DNA of 64,000 bases from Alphaproteobacteria bacterium. GTDB lineage: Bacteria; Pseudomonadota; Alphaproteobacteria; Bin95. The DNA is taken from contig OZ253490.1 of the NCBI GenBank assembly GCA_965261985.1, positions 5,378,141 through 5,442,140 on the forward strand, in the 5' to 3' direction. This document shows, one piece after another, positions 23,880 through 34,046 of this stretch (its first letter is position 1; the number at the start of each line of letters is the position of its first letter). A program made the translations under genes and the position numbers. Below the pieces are notes generated by a model. The model worked only from the letters and a program-made list of their open reading frames with translations, was not told the origin of the DNA and did not search any database.

Positions 23880-24880
23880 GGTTGTGCGGGGAATCCAATC
23901 ACATGTCGAAACACATCCTCCCCTGTTTCTGTCACCACCGCACGAAATCGACGGGGATTCGATTGCCACTCCCGCAGTCTTCCTTCAACTCTCAACTCTC
24001 GTGTATTCGCGTCACCCTCTATCGACAGAGCAATCAGATTGTAACTCGGCGACCAACCAAGCTCATTGTGGTCGGGATTCACCGCCCCCGCATTAAACCG
24101 GACATGAGTTGCATCTCTCTCGATTCTCTGCCTGTGTTTATGGCCAAACATCTGTATCGCGACCGATCCATTAATCGCGTCGAGCACATCGTCCTGGTCT
24201 TTAAGCCAGTCGGGTGGGTGGTGGCTAATAACAAGATACAACACATCCTCTTCCGGGTCGATCGCCGTTTGCAACGGGCTCAAATATAGTTCACCACGTA
24301 CGTCATCACCTCCGTTTAGACCGGAAAGGACCGTGGATGTTAGACCATGCAGTCGCAACCTAGCGCCCTTTCCAAGATCCAAATCCTGCACCCATTTGAG
24401 TCGATCAGGAAGATAAACCTGGCAATTGTATTTCGCCGCAAAATTATTATATTCGGAAATTGGAGCCAGCAACGCTTGCGCAGTGTCCTTGTCAAATATT
24501 TGTTCCCTGAATACTTTTCCCCGCCGCTCTTCAGGTGCATCGGCGATCGCGGCCTGGGCATTTTTTGTAGCAACGTGAGCCCTAATTGTTGCACGATTTA
24601 CGTCGTGATTACCGGGAACCAAGAATACTCGCTCTTGCGGACAACCAGCCGCAGCGCACAGTTCGCTTATCCAAGCCTTTGCTGTTTGATATTCTTCTCT
24701 AGCACCCCGAAACGCGATGTCTCCGCCGATCAATATAGCCGCTGCAGGACCAAGCGTGACGACTTGTTGTTGAATGTCACGGACCATATACGACCTTATA
24801 GGCCGATTTGGGTCACTGGCTGGATTGATACAATCCGGAGCCTTGAAATGAATATCAGAGATGTGAAGCAGCAACATCTG
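23880..24880 (-). pseudogene. Calcineurin-like metallophosphoesterase, 3'-truncated by IS630
   Basis: LHISDIH, GGDIA, VPGNHD, SHHP, FGHKH motifs; markedly lower GC than the flanks. Confidence 0.85.
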
Positions 24881-25305
24881 ATTACTTTTCCTATTTCTCT
24901 TGTCTGTCTTCTGTCCCAACCCCGGTCAATGTTCCGGAATGCAATTCCACCGGAGCTTCGTCTCCAATCGTCATATACACCCCACGGTCTTACCTTGCAT
25001 CCGAGTTTCTATCCGAGCCGGTATCCTGTTAGCTCGCAATCTCAAACGCATATCGGCTCTTCTCTGCAGTTGGTCGTAAGGCCGCCACCTCGGTCGTCGT
25101 ATAACAATCGACCGCTCCCATCTCTGCGTTCTGCATAGCATCTTCAGGCGGTCTCCACGATAACCTAGCATCCGCAACCTTGTATGGCCTCACGAACGCC
25201 TGCATCGGCGTCCATTCATCTCTGTCACATCGCCCCTCCGCTCATTGGAGCCCGCCGTCCAGCTCCTCCATCGCCAAGTCCCTGTAAGTTCTCTCGCAGA
25301 CATAC

Positions 25306-25533
25306 TCATGATGGGAATCGTCTCCAGCGCCTAGCCTTCCAGCAGGGCCATTCCAGGCTGTAATCCCGATCAGTGTCATGTACACCGAGCGCCCAACCGA
25401 TCAGCACAGCGGCGACACCCTCCATCGCGAGCAGCGCGACCCGGTTCTCCCCGGCCACCGTATCGGCGATTGCGATTTCGTCCGAATCGCGCATCTCGTC
25501 CAGGAAGGCCAGGACCAGTTCTTCTGGCGGCAT
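25306..25533 (-). CDS. Small hypothetical protein or fragment
   Basis: MPPEELVLAFLDEMRDSDEI...; plausible coding composition only. Confidence 0.3.
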   Translation of the reverse strand: MPPEELVLAFLDEMRDSDEIAIADTVAGENRVALLAMEGVAAVLIGWALGVHDTDRDYSLEWPCWKARRWRRFPS

Positions 25534-25797
25534 GGCGGGGCTTTCCCTCTCCAGACAATCGATGCCGCACGGCCGCAGCACAGTGCAGTTTCGCACGCCG
25601 GGCCGCCGGCTTGAAGGCCGTGCTCCGGTATTCGTCGCTTTGGCCGCAGCACCGCCCCCCTCGCCGCCGCTGGGGCGGGCGTCGGCAGGAGGCGGCGGGT
25701 CGCGTTTCCCGGGCGGATTTCGGAGCCGGAGAGCGGCCTCCGTACCTCCACCGGGCCGACCGTGCAGCCCCTCCCCTCTATTGAGTGCCTCGCTAGT

Positions 25798-25950
25798 TTA
25801 GCCCGTTTCCTTCAGCGACTGGATGCGCCAGACGGTCTCGTCGCCATGGCGCACCGCAGTTCGGCTCTGGTGCGTGAGGATCGCTTCGTCGAACGGCTCG
25901 AACAGCGGCAGGAAGCGGGGCACGCTGTCGGCGTCCCGACCGAGATCGGC
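25798..25950 (-). pseudogene. IS66 transposase (TnpC) fragment
   Basis: RFLPLFEPFDEAIL...VRHGDETVWRI resembles the IS66 HADET motif region. Confidence 0.6.
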
Positions 25951-26174
25951 AGCCCCTGGTCCGACATCCATGCGGAGAACCGGCACGGCCACGGGCATCC
26001 ACCTCCGCCCAGCGTAGCTCTTCTGCGCGCGCCTCAGCCGCATCGGCTCGCGAGCGCTCCCGTTACGCCCGGGCATGCGCCTGATCGTACAGGGACCGCC
26101 AGTCACGCGCCGGCGCGTGACTGGCGACCAAATCGCGTCGTTCCCCTCGGTCAACGGTCAACTCGTCAATGTTT

Positions 26175-27320
26175 CTACACTTTGCGCTCATCCTTAATGC
26201 CAAGAGGATGATCCGGAGAAATACCAAGAAGGGCTAGTGCAAGGTTGTGGGCAACCAAATCAGACCACTTCATAAATTGTTCTTCCGAGAGTGCCTGGCC
26301 GGATTTCACACCACACTGTAAATTCGCTCTCTCAACAGCATTAGTGGTCATCAAATGCTTTAGGCACGTAGCCAAAACTCCCTTCAAGCAATCTTCAACT
26401 CTCCCATCATCCACTCTTTCATTGGCGAGTATCGCGGGAACCTCGTCTTGGGTAAACTCTAATGCGACATCCAAATCAAGACTTTCGCCGGACACGGGAT
26501 CGATTGCATAGCATATGCTAAATGCGTCTCCACGATAATTGCCGGATAAACGCGCGACGATCCTTTGGTAGCCAAAAAATTCCACATAGGCTAGGATATG
26601 GCCCTGCGTTGGATCGCCATATACGCAAATGCAATGAAAACAGATCCCGACTGGTCGATTCTTGACCAAGTCAATCTCATTATAGTGACCGAAGCATGCA
26701 TCGCCGGTTCCTTTCAGGTACTTCCTTGCGTCCTCACAGTCATCTGTGGACACACCTGCCTGGTAAGCCAATCCAAGACATGATTTAATGATCGAACGCC
26801 CAACATCATCGCCGCTCAGAAAAAGTGGAAGTGATATTCGGAGAGGGAATTGTATTTGCTCTCGTATGTCAGTTGCATTCGATAGAATTTCCTCAACCTT
26901 CAGATTAAAACGCTTCCGAGCTTCTTGCTTAAGTAGTCGTTTCGCCTCTTGCATCGATTTGGCCTCTATGGCCACTTCGATCACGCCAGCGAGAGTGCGC
27001 TTAGTGCGAATAGTGTGAGGTATAGATACTGAGGCGTCGGGATTGAGGACAAATTTCTTGCCATCAGCACCTCTCACGGCCATTGGCCGATTGGTTCCTC
27101 TGGCTCTCTTGACGCCTAACATCGTGCAGAATGGCTTTAGTTGGTCGAAAAGTGCGTTATCCCAACTTCGTCCAGTTTCGCTGTTGCAACTCTCACAAAT
27201 AAAAGTCCTCGCCGTCTTACGTCCACCTATGGAATTTGGAATAATATGCTCATTGCTGCTGTTCTCTGTCGTAAGCGGAGTTTGACAAAGAGCACAGAAA
27301 CTGGTCATCTGATGATACAC
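26175..27320 (-). CDS. HNH endonuclease (N-terminal Zn-bound HNH) with an unknown C-terminal domain
   Basis: CALC...NEHIIPNSIGG...ICESCNSETG; low GC. Confidence 0.82.
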   Translation of the reverse strand: MYHQMTSFCALCQTPLTTENSSNEHIIPNSIGGRKTARTFICESCNSETGRSWDNALFDQLKPFCTMLGVKRARGTNRPMAVRGADGKKFVLNPDASVSIPHTIRTKRTLAGVIEVAIEAKSMQEAKRLLKQEARKRFNLKVEEILSNATDIREQIQFPLRISLPLFLSGDDVGRSIIKSCLGLAYQAGVSTDDCEDARKYLKGTGDACFGHYNEIDLVKNRPVGICFHCICVYGDPTQGHILAYVEFFGYQRIVARLSGNYRGDAFSICYAIDPVSGESLDLDVALEFTQDEVPAILANERVDDGRVEDCLKGVLATCLKHLMTTNAVERANLQCGVKSGQALSEEQFMKWSDLVAHNLALALLGISPDHPLGIKDERKV

Positions 27321-27339
27321 CTTTGATGTGGCGACGTCC

Positions 27340-27575
27340 TGGCGCGGACGGAAGGCGCCGAGTCATGGTTGTCCAGTCGGGCGAGTATGAACGCCTTAAG
27401 AGGCGGGATCGTCAAGCGCTTGCGGTGGAAGAGCTTTCCGCTAGCGAGATCGAAGCGATCAGCCGCGCCGAGCCGCCGGCCGAAGCTGCACGGTACGATC
27501 ATGAGGTGACGGTCGGGCAGGGCGGTTCAGACTTCTCGGACACGGGCATCGACGTGATCGATCCTTGGGAGAGCG
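27340..27575 (+). pseudogene. Fused remnants of a Phd/YefM antitoxin and a PIN (VapC) toxin
   Basis: EYERLKRRDRQALAVEELS...EPPAEAARYDHE (Phd-type C-part) then SDFSDTGIDVIDPWE (VapC C-terminus). Confidence 0.55.
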
Positions 27576-27652
27576 CAAGAGCACCTCGCCCGAATGCGTG
27601 GCCGTCCCAAGATCATCCGTATGCGGGCACCCTACGATGGGCACGAGCTGCC

Positions 27653-27730
27653 ATGACGCCAGGCTCGTTCATTGCCAAATGGCGGGCAACGGAATTTAAG
27701 GGGCGTTCGGCGACGCAATCACATTTCAAC
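27653..27730 (+). pseudogene. N-terminal stub of a type IIG/IIL (MmeI/YeeA-like) restriction-modification enzyme
   Basis: MTPGSFIAKWRATEFKGRSATQSHFN matches the recalled start MTPxxFIAKW...ERSAxQxHF. Confidence 0.55.
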
Positions 27731-27836
27731 CGGTATTCCCCATATGGAACCCTCCCAGCCCGTCAAGTGTGACTCGAAACCGCTCGACGTGCGATTCGTC
27801 TTCGAATGACGGCCATTTTCGCGCCGATCCGGATGA

Positions 27837-28859
27837 TTGAGGACCAATTGGCGGCGTTGGTGGCGCGGAATGGCATTCTTGCCGGCGATCCGGGCGCTCC
27901 GATCCTGTCGGCGGCGACGCGAAGGAACGGGGGTGTCGCTCATGCTCAACTGGCAGGGACTGCGCGCGTATCTCGACAATCCCGTGTTTCTGTCATCGCT
28001 GCCAGGAAAAAGTGCGGTCGAGCAAGTCATGGGCGCAGTCGTCGATGGCGGCTTCGAAAGCGTACTCGACGAGCATTTCTGGCTTCGCGCCCAAAATCTC
28101 CAAGAGGGCGCCGCCGGTCTCGCCAAGGATCTGCAATCGTCGCTCGGGCTACGTGCAGGCAGCTTTAGCTTTCATGGCATTGGTGGACGGCCGGACAAAA
28201 TACCGGTGCGTTGCCATGTCGCCGTGCCCTTCGGCGACGCCGAGATCCAGCCCGTCACCAAGGTAGCGGGCGGCGAGGCGCAAGCCACCCCAGTCCGCCC
28301 CAATGAAGTCCGCAGGAGTTTCAATACGCCATTCTGGCCACATGTCTTGGCAACAACGTCCGTTGGGCAGGAGGGTCTCGATTTTCACTCATGGTGCTCG
28401 AATGTGGTTCATTGGGATCTCTCGTCCAATCCACTCGACCTCGAACAACGAGAGGGTCGTGTCCAGCGCTATGCGGGCCTGGCCGTCAGGCGCCGGCTTT
28501 CGGAGGTGCTGCGTGACGAGGTGTTGAGCGATCCTGTTATGGCCGAAGGTTCCCCTTGGCGATGCGTTGAGAGGCACGCGGAGCGCTCCGTGGATGCGAG
28601 CGGCCTTCGTCCTTGGTGGGTGCTCGATGGTGCCGAAATCAGCCGTCATGTATTTGAGCGCCCTTTTGGGACGGACGTTGCGCGTTTCGTCCAACTTCGA
28701 GAGCAGCGCATGATCTATCGACTGGCTCTTGGACAGCCCAACCAAGAGGACCTCATCGACGTGTTGTCGCGGGGTACCGAAGCAACCCGCTCGATACTGC
28801 AATCGTTGGTTCTTGATCTCTCTGCCATGGGACCGAATCAGGCACCGAAGGAGAACTAA
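27837..28859 (+). pseudogene. C-terminal half of a superfamily 2 helicase (defence-associated type)
   Basis: FNTPFWPHVLATTSVGQEGLDFH...HWDLSSNPLDLEQREGRVQRY (motifs V/VI), YRLALGQPNQED; no Walker A/B half. Confidence 0.78.
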
Positions 28860-29014
28860 ACCGGTGCGGCTAACGGGCATGGAAGCCAGAGATATATTAG
28901 CGATGGGTGTCGTTAAGGGCCGGGTCCTGACTCCTCACGATCCAACGCGATCCATCACTTATGATGCCAATCGGCGTCCAAGCGGCGCGCTGAGCAACAT
29001 ATAGGAACGATATT

Positions 29015-29560
29015 TTGGAATTTGTTCTTTGTCATTTGGACGCAATTTACAAGATTGGGTTAATCGTTGGCGGTGTTATTGGCATTGGCCTTGGTGTGTG
29101 GAGATGCAGAACTGCTGACAAAAATTTGTTGCAGGAACGATTCAGAATTGAGGCCGAACTCATGGATATGGACAAACATCACTATTCAGTCCGGGTCTCT
29201 GGAGCCGTCACCCTTGTGGAACTGGCAAAGAACTATCCGGCAATCTACGAGATGTCTGTGATGACCACATTCGAGGCATTCCTGGAATACCCTCCATGCT
29301 TTAGTGAACAGATAGCGCAAAAGATGCATGGCTACGGTACGACAGATAGATTGGTCGATTATGGCAGTAGAGACACTATATCTATCATCAACGCAATACA
29401 TAACAGAACAAGAAAGCAAAAGGCCATATACAAGAACTTTCATCTGTCTCCGTTGTCTCCGTTCTATGTGGACCACAAAGGCCGCATATATGCGAGTGAG
29501 TACGATTCGTCATACCAATCCTGGGTCAACGAAAGAGGGATGCCGCCCACTTTTACCTGA
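29015..29560 (+). CDS. Hypothetical single-TM protein
   Basis: N-terminal TM, then ERF...SVRVSGAVTLVELA (resembles the domain found before pentapeptide repeats); low GC. Confidence 0.55.
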   Translation: MEFVLCHLDAIYKIGLIVGGVIGIGLGVWRCRTADKNLLQERFRIEAELMDMDKHHYSVRVSGAVTLVELAKNYPAIYEMSVMTTFEAFLEYPPCFSEQIAQKMHGYGTTDRLVDYGSRDTISIINAIHNRTRKQKAIYKNFHLSPLSPFYVDHKGRIYASEYDSSYQSWVNERGMPPTFT

Positions 29561-29618
29561 TCGTTGACAACCACGATATTGGAAACTATCTTTCTTCGTG
29601 CAAGCATGGAGAAAGACG

Positions 29619-30040
29619 ATGGAAGCGTACGATGTGGTCGGCTGGGCCACTTTGCTGATCGCCGGTGCGGCCCTAGGAGTGACGATTGCCATACTTCATT
29701 ACCAGAAAAGATTGTCTAGGACCAATCTCCACATAGAATTAATCGAGCAAAGGTACGGATTTCAAACGGTGATAGCCGGGAACAAGAGCACTGAACCTGA
29801 GAGATATGAGAAGCGAACAGCAGTATCAATCTACTTCAGGATATCAAACCGATCTCACAGTAGACCAAATAGGCTAGTCGAACTGCACATCAAGGCACCA
29901 CGCGATACAGAGGACGTGTCCAATTTCCGATTTAGAAATTTTGGCAAGCATATGACTTGGGACGCAACCAGAAGAATTCTGCACGGAGCAATGGACACTG
30001 GACACATCCAAGGACTGTTGGTTGGTGAACCATGGCTTGA
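29619..30040 (+). pseudogene. Hypothetical membrane-anchored protein truncated by a transposase fragment
   Basis: TM VVGWATLLIAGAALGVTIAILH; GC jumps at about 30040. Confidence 0.45.
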
Positions 30041-30391
30041 AGCGTCTCGTACCTCGTCATCCAGAGCGATATGGCCATGCCGTTCCATGGACTCCACCAG
30101 CATCGGAAGCAATGGCTTCAGGCGCTTGCCGCAGATGCGGTCCGAGGCCTCCCACAACACCACCAGGGCCTCCCGCACCGTATCGTCATAAAGGCGCCGG
30201 GAGGGGCGTGCCGCCCCCGCCGGCCGCGCCGGCGAGCCGCGCTGCAACAGCCGCATGGCATGCTTCCGATGATAACCCGTGATCGCCACGAACTCGTCGA
30301 GAATACGTGTCTTCTCCGCACGGTCGCCCTCGACATACCGACGGCGAGCCGCCGCCAAAAGTTCATCGCGTGTCGCCATGCTCACCCTCAT
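30040..30391 (-). pseudogene. N-terminal fragment of an integrase-core (ISNCY-type) transposase
   Basis: SMATRDELL...ILDEFVAITGYHRKHAMRLL...LWEASDRICGKRLKP; repeated GAGGCAA units upstream (30444-30476). Confidence 0.75.
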
Positions 30392-30758
30392 TTCGATAGC
30401 CCCCGAGACATTCCTCTCGGGAGCATTCCAAGTGAGGCAACGGCCCAGTCAAAAGGAACAATTCAGGCGAGGCAATGCGCTCAGGTTCCTGTATGTCGAG
30501 ACGCTGGGATGCCCCGAGCGCGTGGCCCTGGCGCTCCATGATGGCGTAGCTCTCCTGTCAATTGTCGAAACAATTCGATTGCCAGGACAATCGGTTTGGC
30601 ATAGGTTCCGCGTCCTTGAGAACACGGTCAGCCGATGACGGCCCGGGGGGCGCGAGTGCCCGGGAGGCCGTCCGCCCTTCGATGTTGTAGAACGGCTCCG
30701 GACGAGGTGTGACGGACCCCGACGGAGCGGAGCCCGGCTCTACAGCCGGGACCCCCTT

Positions 30759-31908
30759 GTGCAAGCCCGCTACGATCCCGAAGGCGCTCTTCAGCGCCCG
30801 GCCGGAGGGAGTCCGGCCCCGACGCATACCGTCCGGCTGATCGACCTCCCGCAATACGACACCGCCCGCGCCCCGATCGAAAAGCGCCTGAAGGCGTTCC
30901 TGACGGGGCTGCGCAAACGGCGCCTGCTGCTGGCGTATTTCCGCGATCTGCGGGAACGGGAGCGAAGGTCCGCTCCTGCGTCGGCGCCGCCTTACGACTG
31001 GGCGGACTTTCGGGAATTGCGTCATGAGGCCGGGCTGTCGCGTTTCCGGCTTCCTTCGAACACCCTGATCCGCCTCGGGTGCCGGGTGGACGCCGTGGTC
31101 GCGCGCCGGCACAAGGCAAGCGGTCTGGGGCATCTGAAGGACAAGGGGGAGAAGGAGCGCCTGCGCCCTCTCCTGGGCGATGTGCCGGCAGTGACGGTCC
31201 CCTCGGAGCACCGGGCCGACGAGATCGCGGCGTCATTGCACGAGGAGATGCCCTGGATGGCGCCGGCGACGGAGGCGGCCTGGCACGCCCTCCGGCGCAG
31301 CGCGCGCGAGGGAGGGCCGGTCCGGATCGGGCCGCTCCTCCTGGTCGGGCCTCCGGGCGTCGGCAAGACGGCCTGGGCCAACCGGCTCGCCGGGCGTCTG
31401 GGGACGGCCTCTTCCGTCATCGACGCCTCCCGGGGCCTGTCCTCGTTTTCGCTGGCCGGCACCGAGCGCGGCTGGGGCTCGGCGCAGCCCGGCCGGCCGC
31501 TCGCGGCCATGCTCGATGCGCGTCTCGCCAATCCCGTCATCGTGGTCGACGAAGTGTGCAAGGCGGGCAGCATCCGGTCCGCGGGCGGCGTCTCGGTGGG
31601 CTTCCTGCCGGCTTTGCTGGGCCTTCTGGAGCCGGAGAGCGCGCGGGCCTGGGACTGTCCGTATTTTCGTGTCCGGATCGATATGAGCCATCTGAGCTGG
31701 GTGATGACGGCGAACACGCTCGAGACCCTGCCGGAGCCGGTTCTGAGCTGCTGCCAGGTGCTGCGCATCCCCGATGTGACGCCGGCGCAGCTTCAGGGCT
31801 TCGCGCGCCGCCAGGGAGCGGCGCTGGGGCTCCCGGATACGGCGATCGAGGCCGTGGCCGAGGTCATCGACCGGGCGCCGGAGGTCCTGCGCCTCCGGCT
31901 CAGTCTCA
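30759..31908 (+). pseudogene. Lon-like AAA+ ATPase (no protease domain), C-terminus cut by IS5
   Basis: GPPGVGKT, NPVIVVDEVCKA, LLGLLEP, SWVMTAN; runs into the IS at 31909. Confidence 0.78.
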
Positions 31909-32886
31909 GAGCCTGACCCGAAAAGAGTTGAGCGGTTTCAAGGGATTGTGATTCAGTCCGGTTACGAAGCTGAACGGAGCCACGAATGCCCTGGACCGAA
32001 ACCGCCCGCCGTGAGTATCGGCGCGACTGCCCGCGCTACGCAAGCGATTTGACCGACCGCGAGTGGGCGTTGATCGAGCCCTTCATGCCGGCGCCGCAGC
32101 GTATCGGTCGCCCGCGCAAGACCGACCTGCGCGAGGTTGTGAACGCGGTGCTGTATATGGCCTCGACGGGATGCCAATGGCGAATGCTGCCCAAGGACTT
32201 CCCGCCGGTCTCGACGGTGCAGCGCTATTTCTACCAGTGGCGCGACAGCAGGCTGTGGCAGACGATCCGGTTCCATCTGGCCATGCAGGCGCGTGAACGG
32301 GAGGGTCGCGAGGCCCAGCCGACCGCAGGCGTCATCGACAGCCAGACGGTGAAAACCACGGAGGCAGGCGGGGTTAGCGGCTACGATGCCGGAAAGAAGA
32401 TCAAGAGCCTGCCCCGGACCCGATCCGGGGGCCGCAAGCGCCACGCCGTCGTCGACACCACCGGGATGCTCTTCGGACTGGTGGTGCATGCAGCCGACGT
32501 TCAGGACCGCGATGGCGCGCCGGCAGTGCTGAAATCGATACGCCATGCATGCCCCTGGCTGCGTCACCTGTTTGCCGACGGCGGATACGCCGGACCGAAA
32601 CTGCGCGGCGCCCTGGACAGAATCGGAAAGTGGACGCTCGAGATCGTCAAGCGCTCCGACACCGCCAAGAGCCTGCCCCCGCGGAGGCGGGGGGCTTCGA
32701 AGTCCTCCCCCGACGATGGGTCGTCGAACGCACCTTTGCATGGCTCGGGCGCTGCCGACGGCTGGCAAAAGACTGGGAAAAATCCGTCGCCTCCAGCGAG
32801 GCGTGGATCAACATCGCCCATATCCGACTCACAACCCGGCGGCTCGCAAGGTCTTGGCAGACTTGAAGGAGTTTCGAGTCAGGCTC
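31909..32886 (+). mobile_element. IS5-family element, copy 2 (near-identical to copy 1, opposite orientation)
   Basis: Same 978 bp length, same IRs, same two hairpin insertions; transposase from 31986. Confidence 0.92.
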
Positions 32887-32889
32887 TAA

Positions 32890-33820
32890 GAGTCTGGCCC
32901 AAAAAGAATGTTTGTTTTTCAGTATCTTACGATTCTTCTGGTGAGGAGTTGAACGGAGGCGATGAAGAGCCAGGCTTGCGCTGTAGCGATCATTGCCTCG
33001 AAGTCTTTCGCCAGTCGCCGGTTTCGGTTTAGCCACGCCAGCGTGCGTTCGACGACCCATCGGCGGGGGAGGACTTCGAAGCCTTGGGCGCCGTTCGGGC
33101 GTTTGACGATCTCGAGGGTCCATCGCCCGACCCGCTTCAGGGCGGCTTCGAGTTTGGGGCCGGCATAAGCGCCGTCGGCGAAGACATGGCGCAGCCACGG
33201 GAAGCTGTACCGGATGGAGGCGAGCAGGGCGGGCGCGCCGTCGCGATCCTGGATGTTGGCGGCGTGGACCCGGGCGGCTACCAGCAGGCCGCCGGTGTCG
33301 GTGAGGATATGACGCTTGCGACCCTTGACCTTCTTGCCTGCATCGAAGCCCCGTGGGCCGCCGCTTTCGGTGGTTTTCACGCTCTGGCTGTCGATGACGC
33401 CGGCCGAAGGGCTGGCTTCGCGCCCCGCCGCCTCGCGGACCGCCATCAGGAGATGGCGATTGATCCGCATCCACAGACCGCCGTCCCGCCACGCGGCGAA
33501 ATAGCGCTGTATCGTCGAACGGGGCGGAAACTCCTTCGGCAACATCCGCCAGGGGCAGCCCGAACGCAAAACATACAGGATGGCGTTCACCACCTCCCGC
33601 AAATCCGTCGTCCGCGGCCGGCCCAAAGCCTTCTCCGGCGGCATATGAGGGGCGATCACCCGCCACTCCGCATCGCTCAGATCGCTTGCGTAACGAAGGC
33701 CCGTGCGGGCATATTTCGGGCGAGTGATTTCAGTCCACATCTTGTGCCTCGCTGATTGCTTCAACACATCCAGTGAATCACAACACGCTGAAATCACTCA
33801 ATTCATTTCGGGCCGGACAC
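32890..33820 (-). mobile_element. Related IS5-family element with an intact transposase (33740-32919)
   Basis: IRs GAGTCTGGCCC/GGGCCGGACAC, TAA on both sides; GKKVKGRKRH and [13 protein letters not shown] uninterrupted. Confidence 0.9.
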
Positions 33821-33823
33821 TAA

Positions 33824-34033
33824 GAGCCTGACTCATAAAGAAAGGTTGTCTTTCAATATCTTGCGAGCCGTCGCGTGACGAGTTGAACGGGACCGACGCG
33901 GTGCCGAGCGTGGGCGGAGGGGATTGCCACCATCGAAGTCTTTCGCCAGTCATCGCATACACCTTGCCAGTAGCCTGGACAAATCAAGGAGCATAATCCG
34001 TTGAAATTACGTGATTCATTTTGGGTCAGGCTC
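33824..34033 (-). mobile_element. 210-bp internally deleted IS5 derivative (MITE-like)
   Basis: GAGCCTGACTC...GGGTCAGGCTC ends; interior retains a degenerate LAKDF...RRLARY transposase tail. Confidence 0.75.
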
Positions 34034-34046
34034 TTAGAATCTCAGG

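Noticed and set aside
23075-24919. 614-aa phosphoesterase fusion ORF
   Set aside because: The part below 23878 is read-through into the antisense strand of IS630.
21221-24919. Single phosphoesterase-dynamin gene split by IS630
   Set aside because: Removing the IS and one TA joins the two out of frame, and their base composition differs sharply.
20208-32886. Mobile composite transposon carrying the defence block
   Set aside because: The outer flanks are not duplicated, both transposases are frameshifted, and the junctions fit an in-place inversion better.
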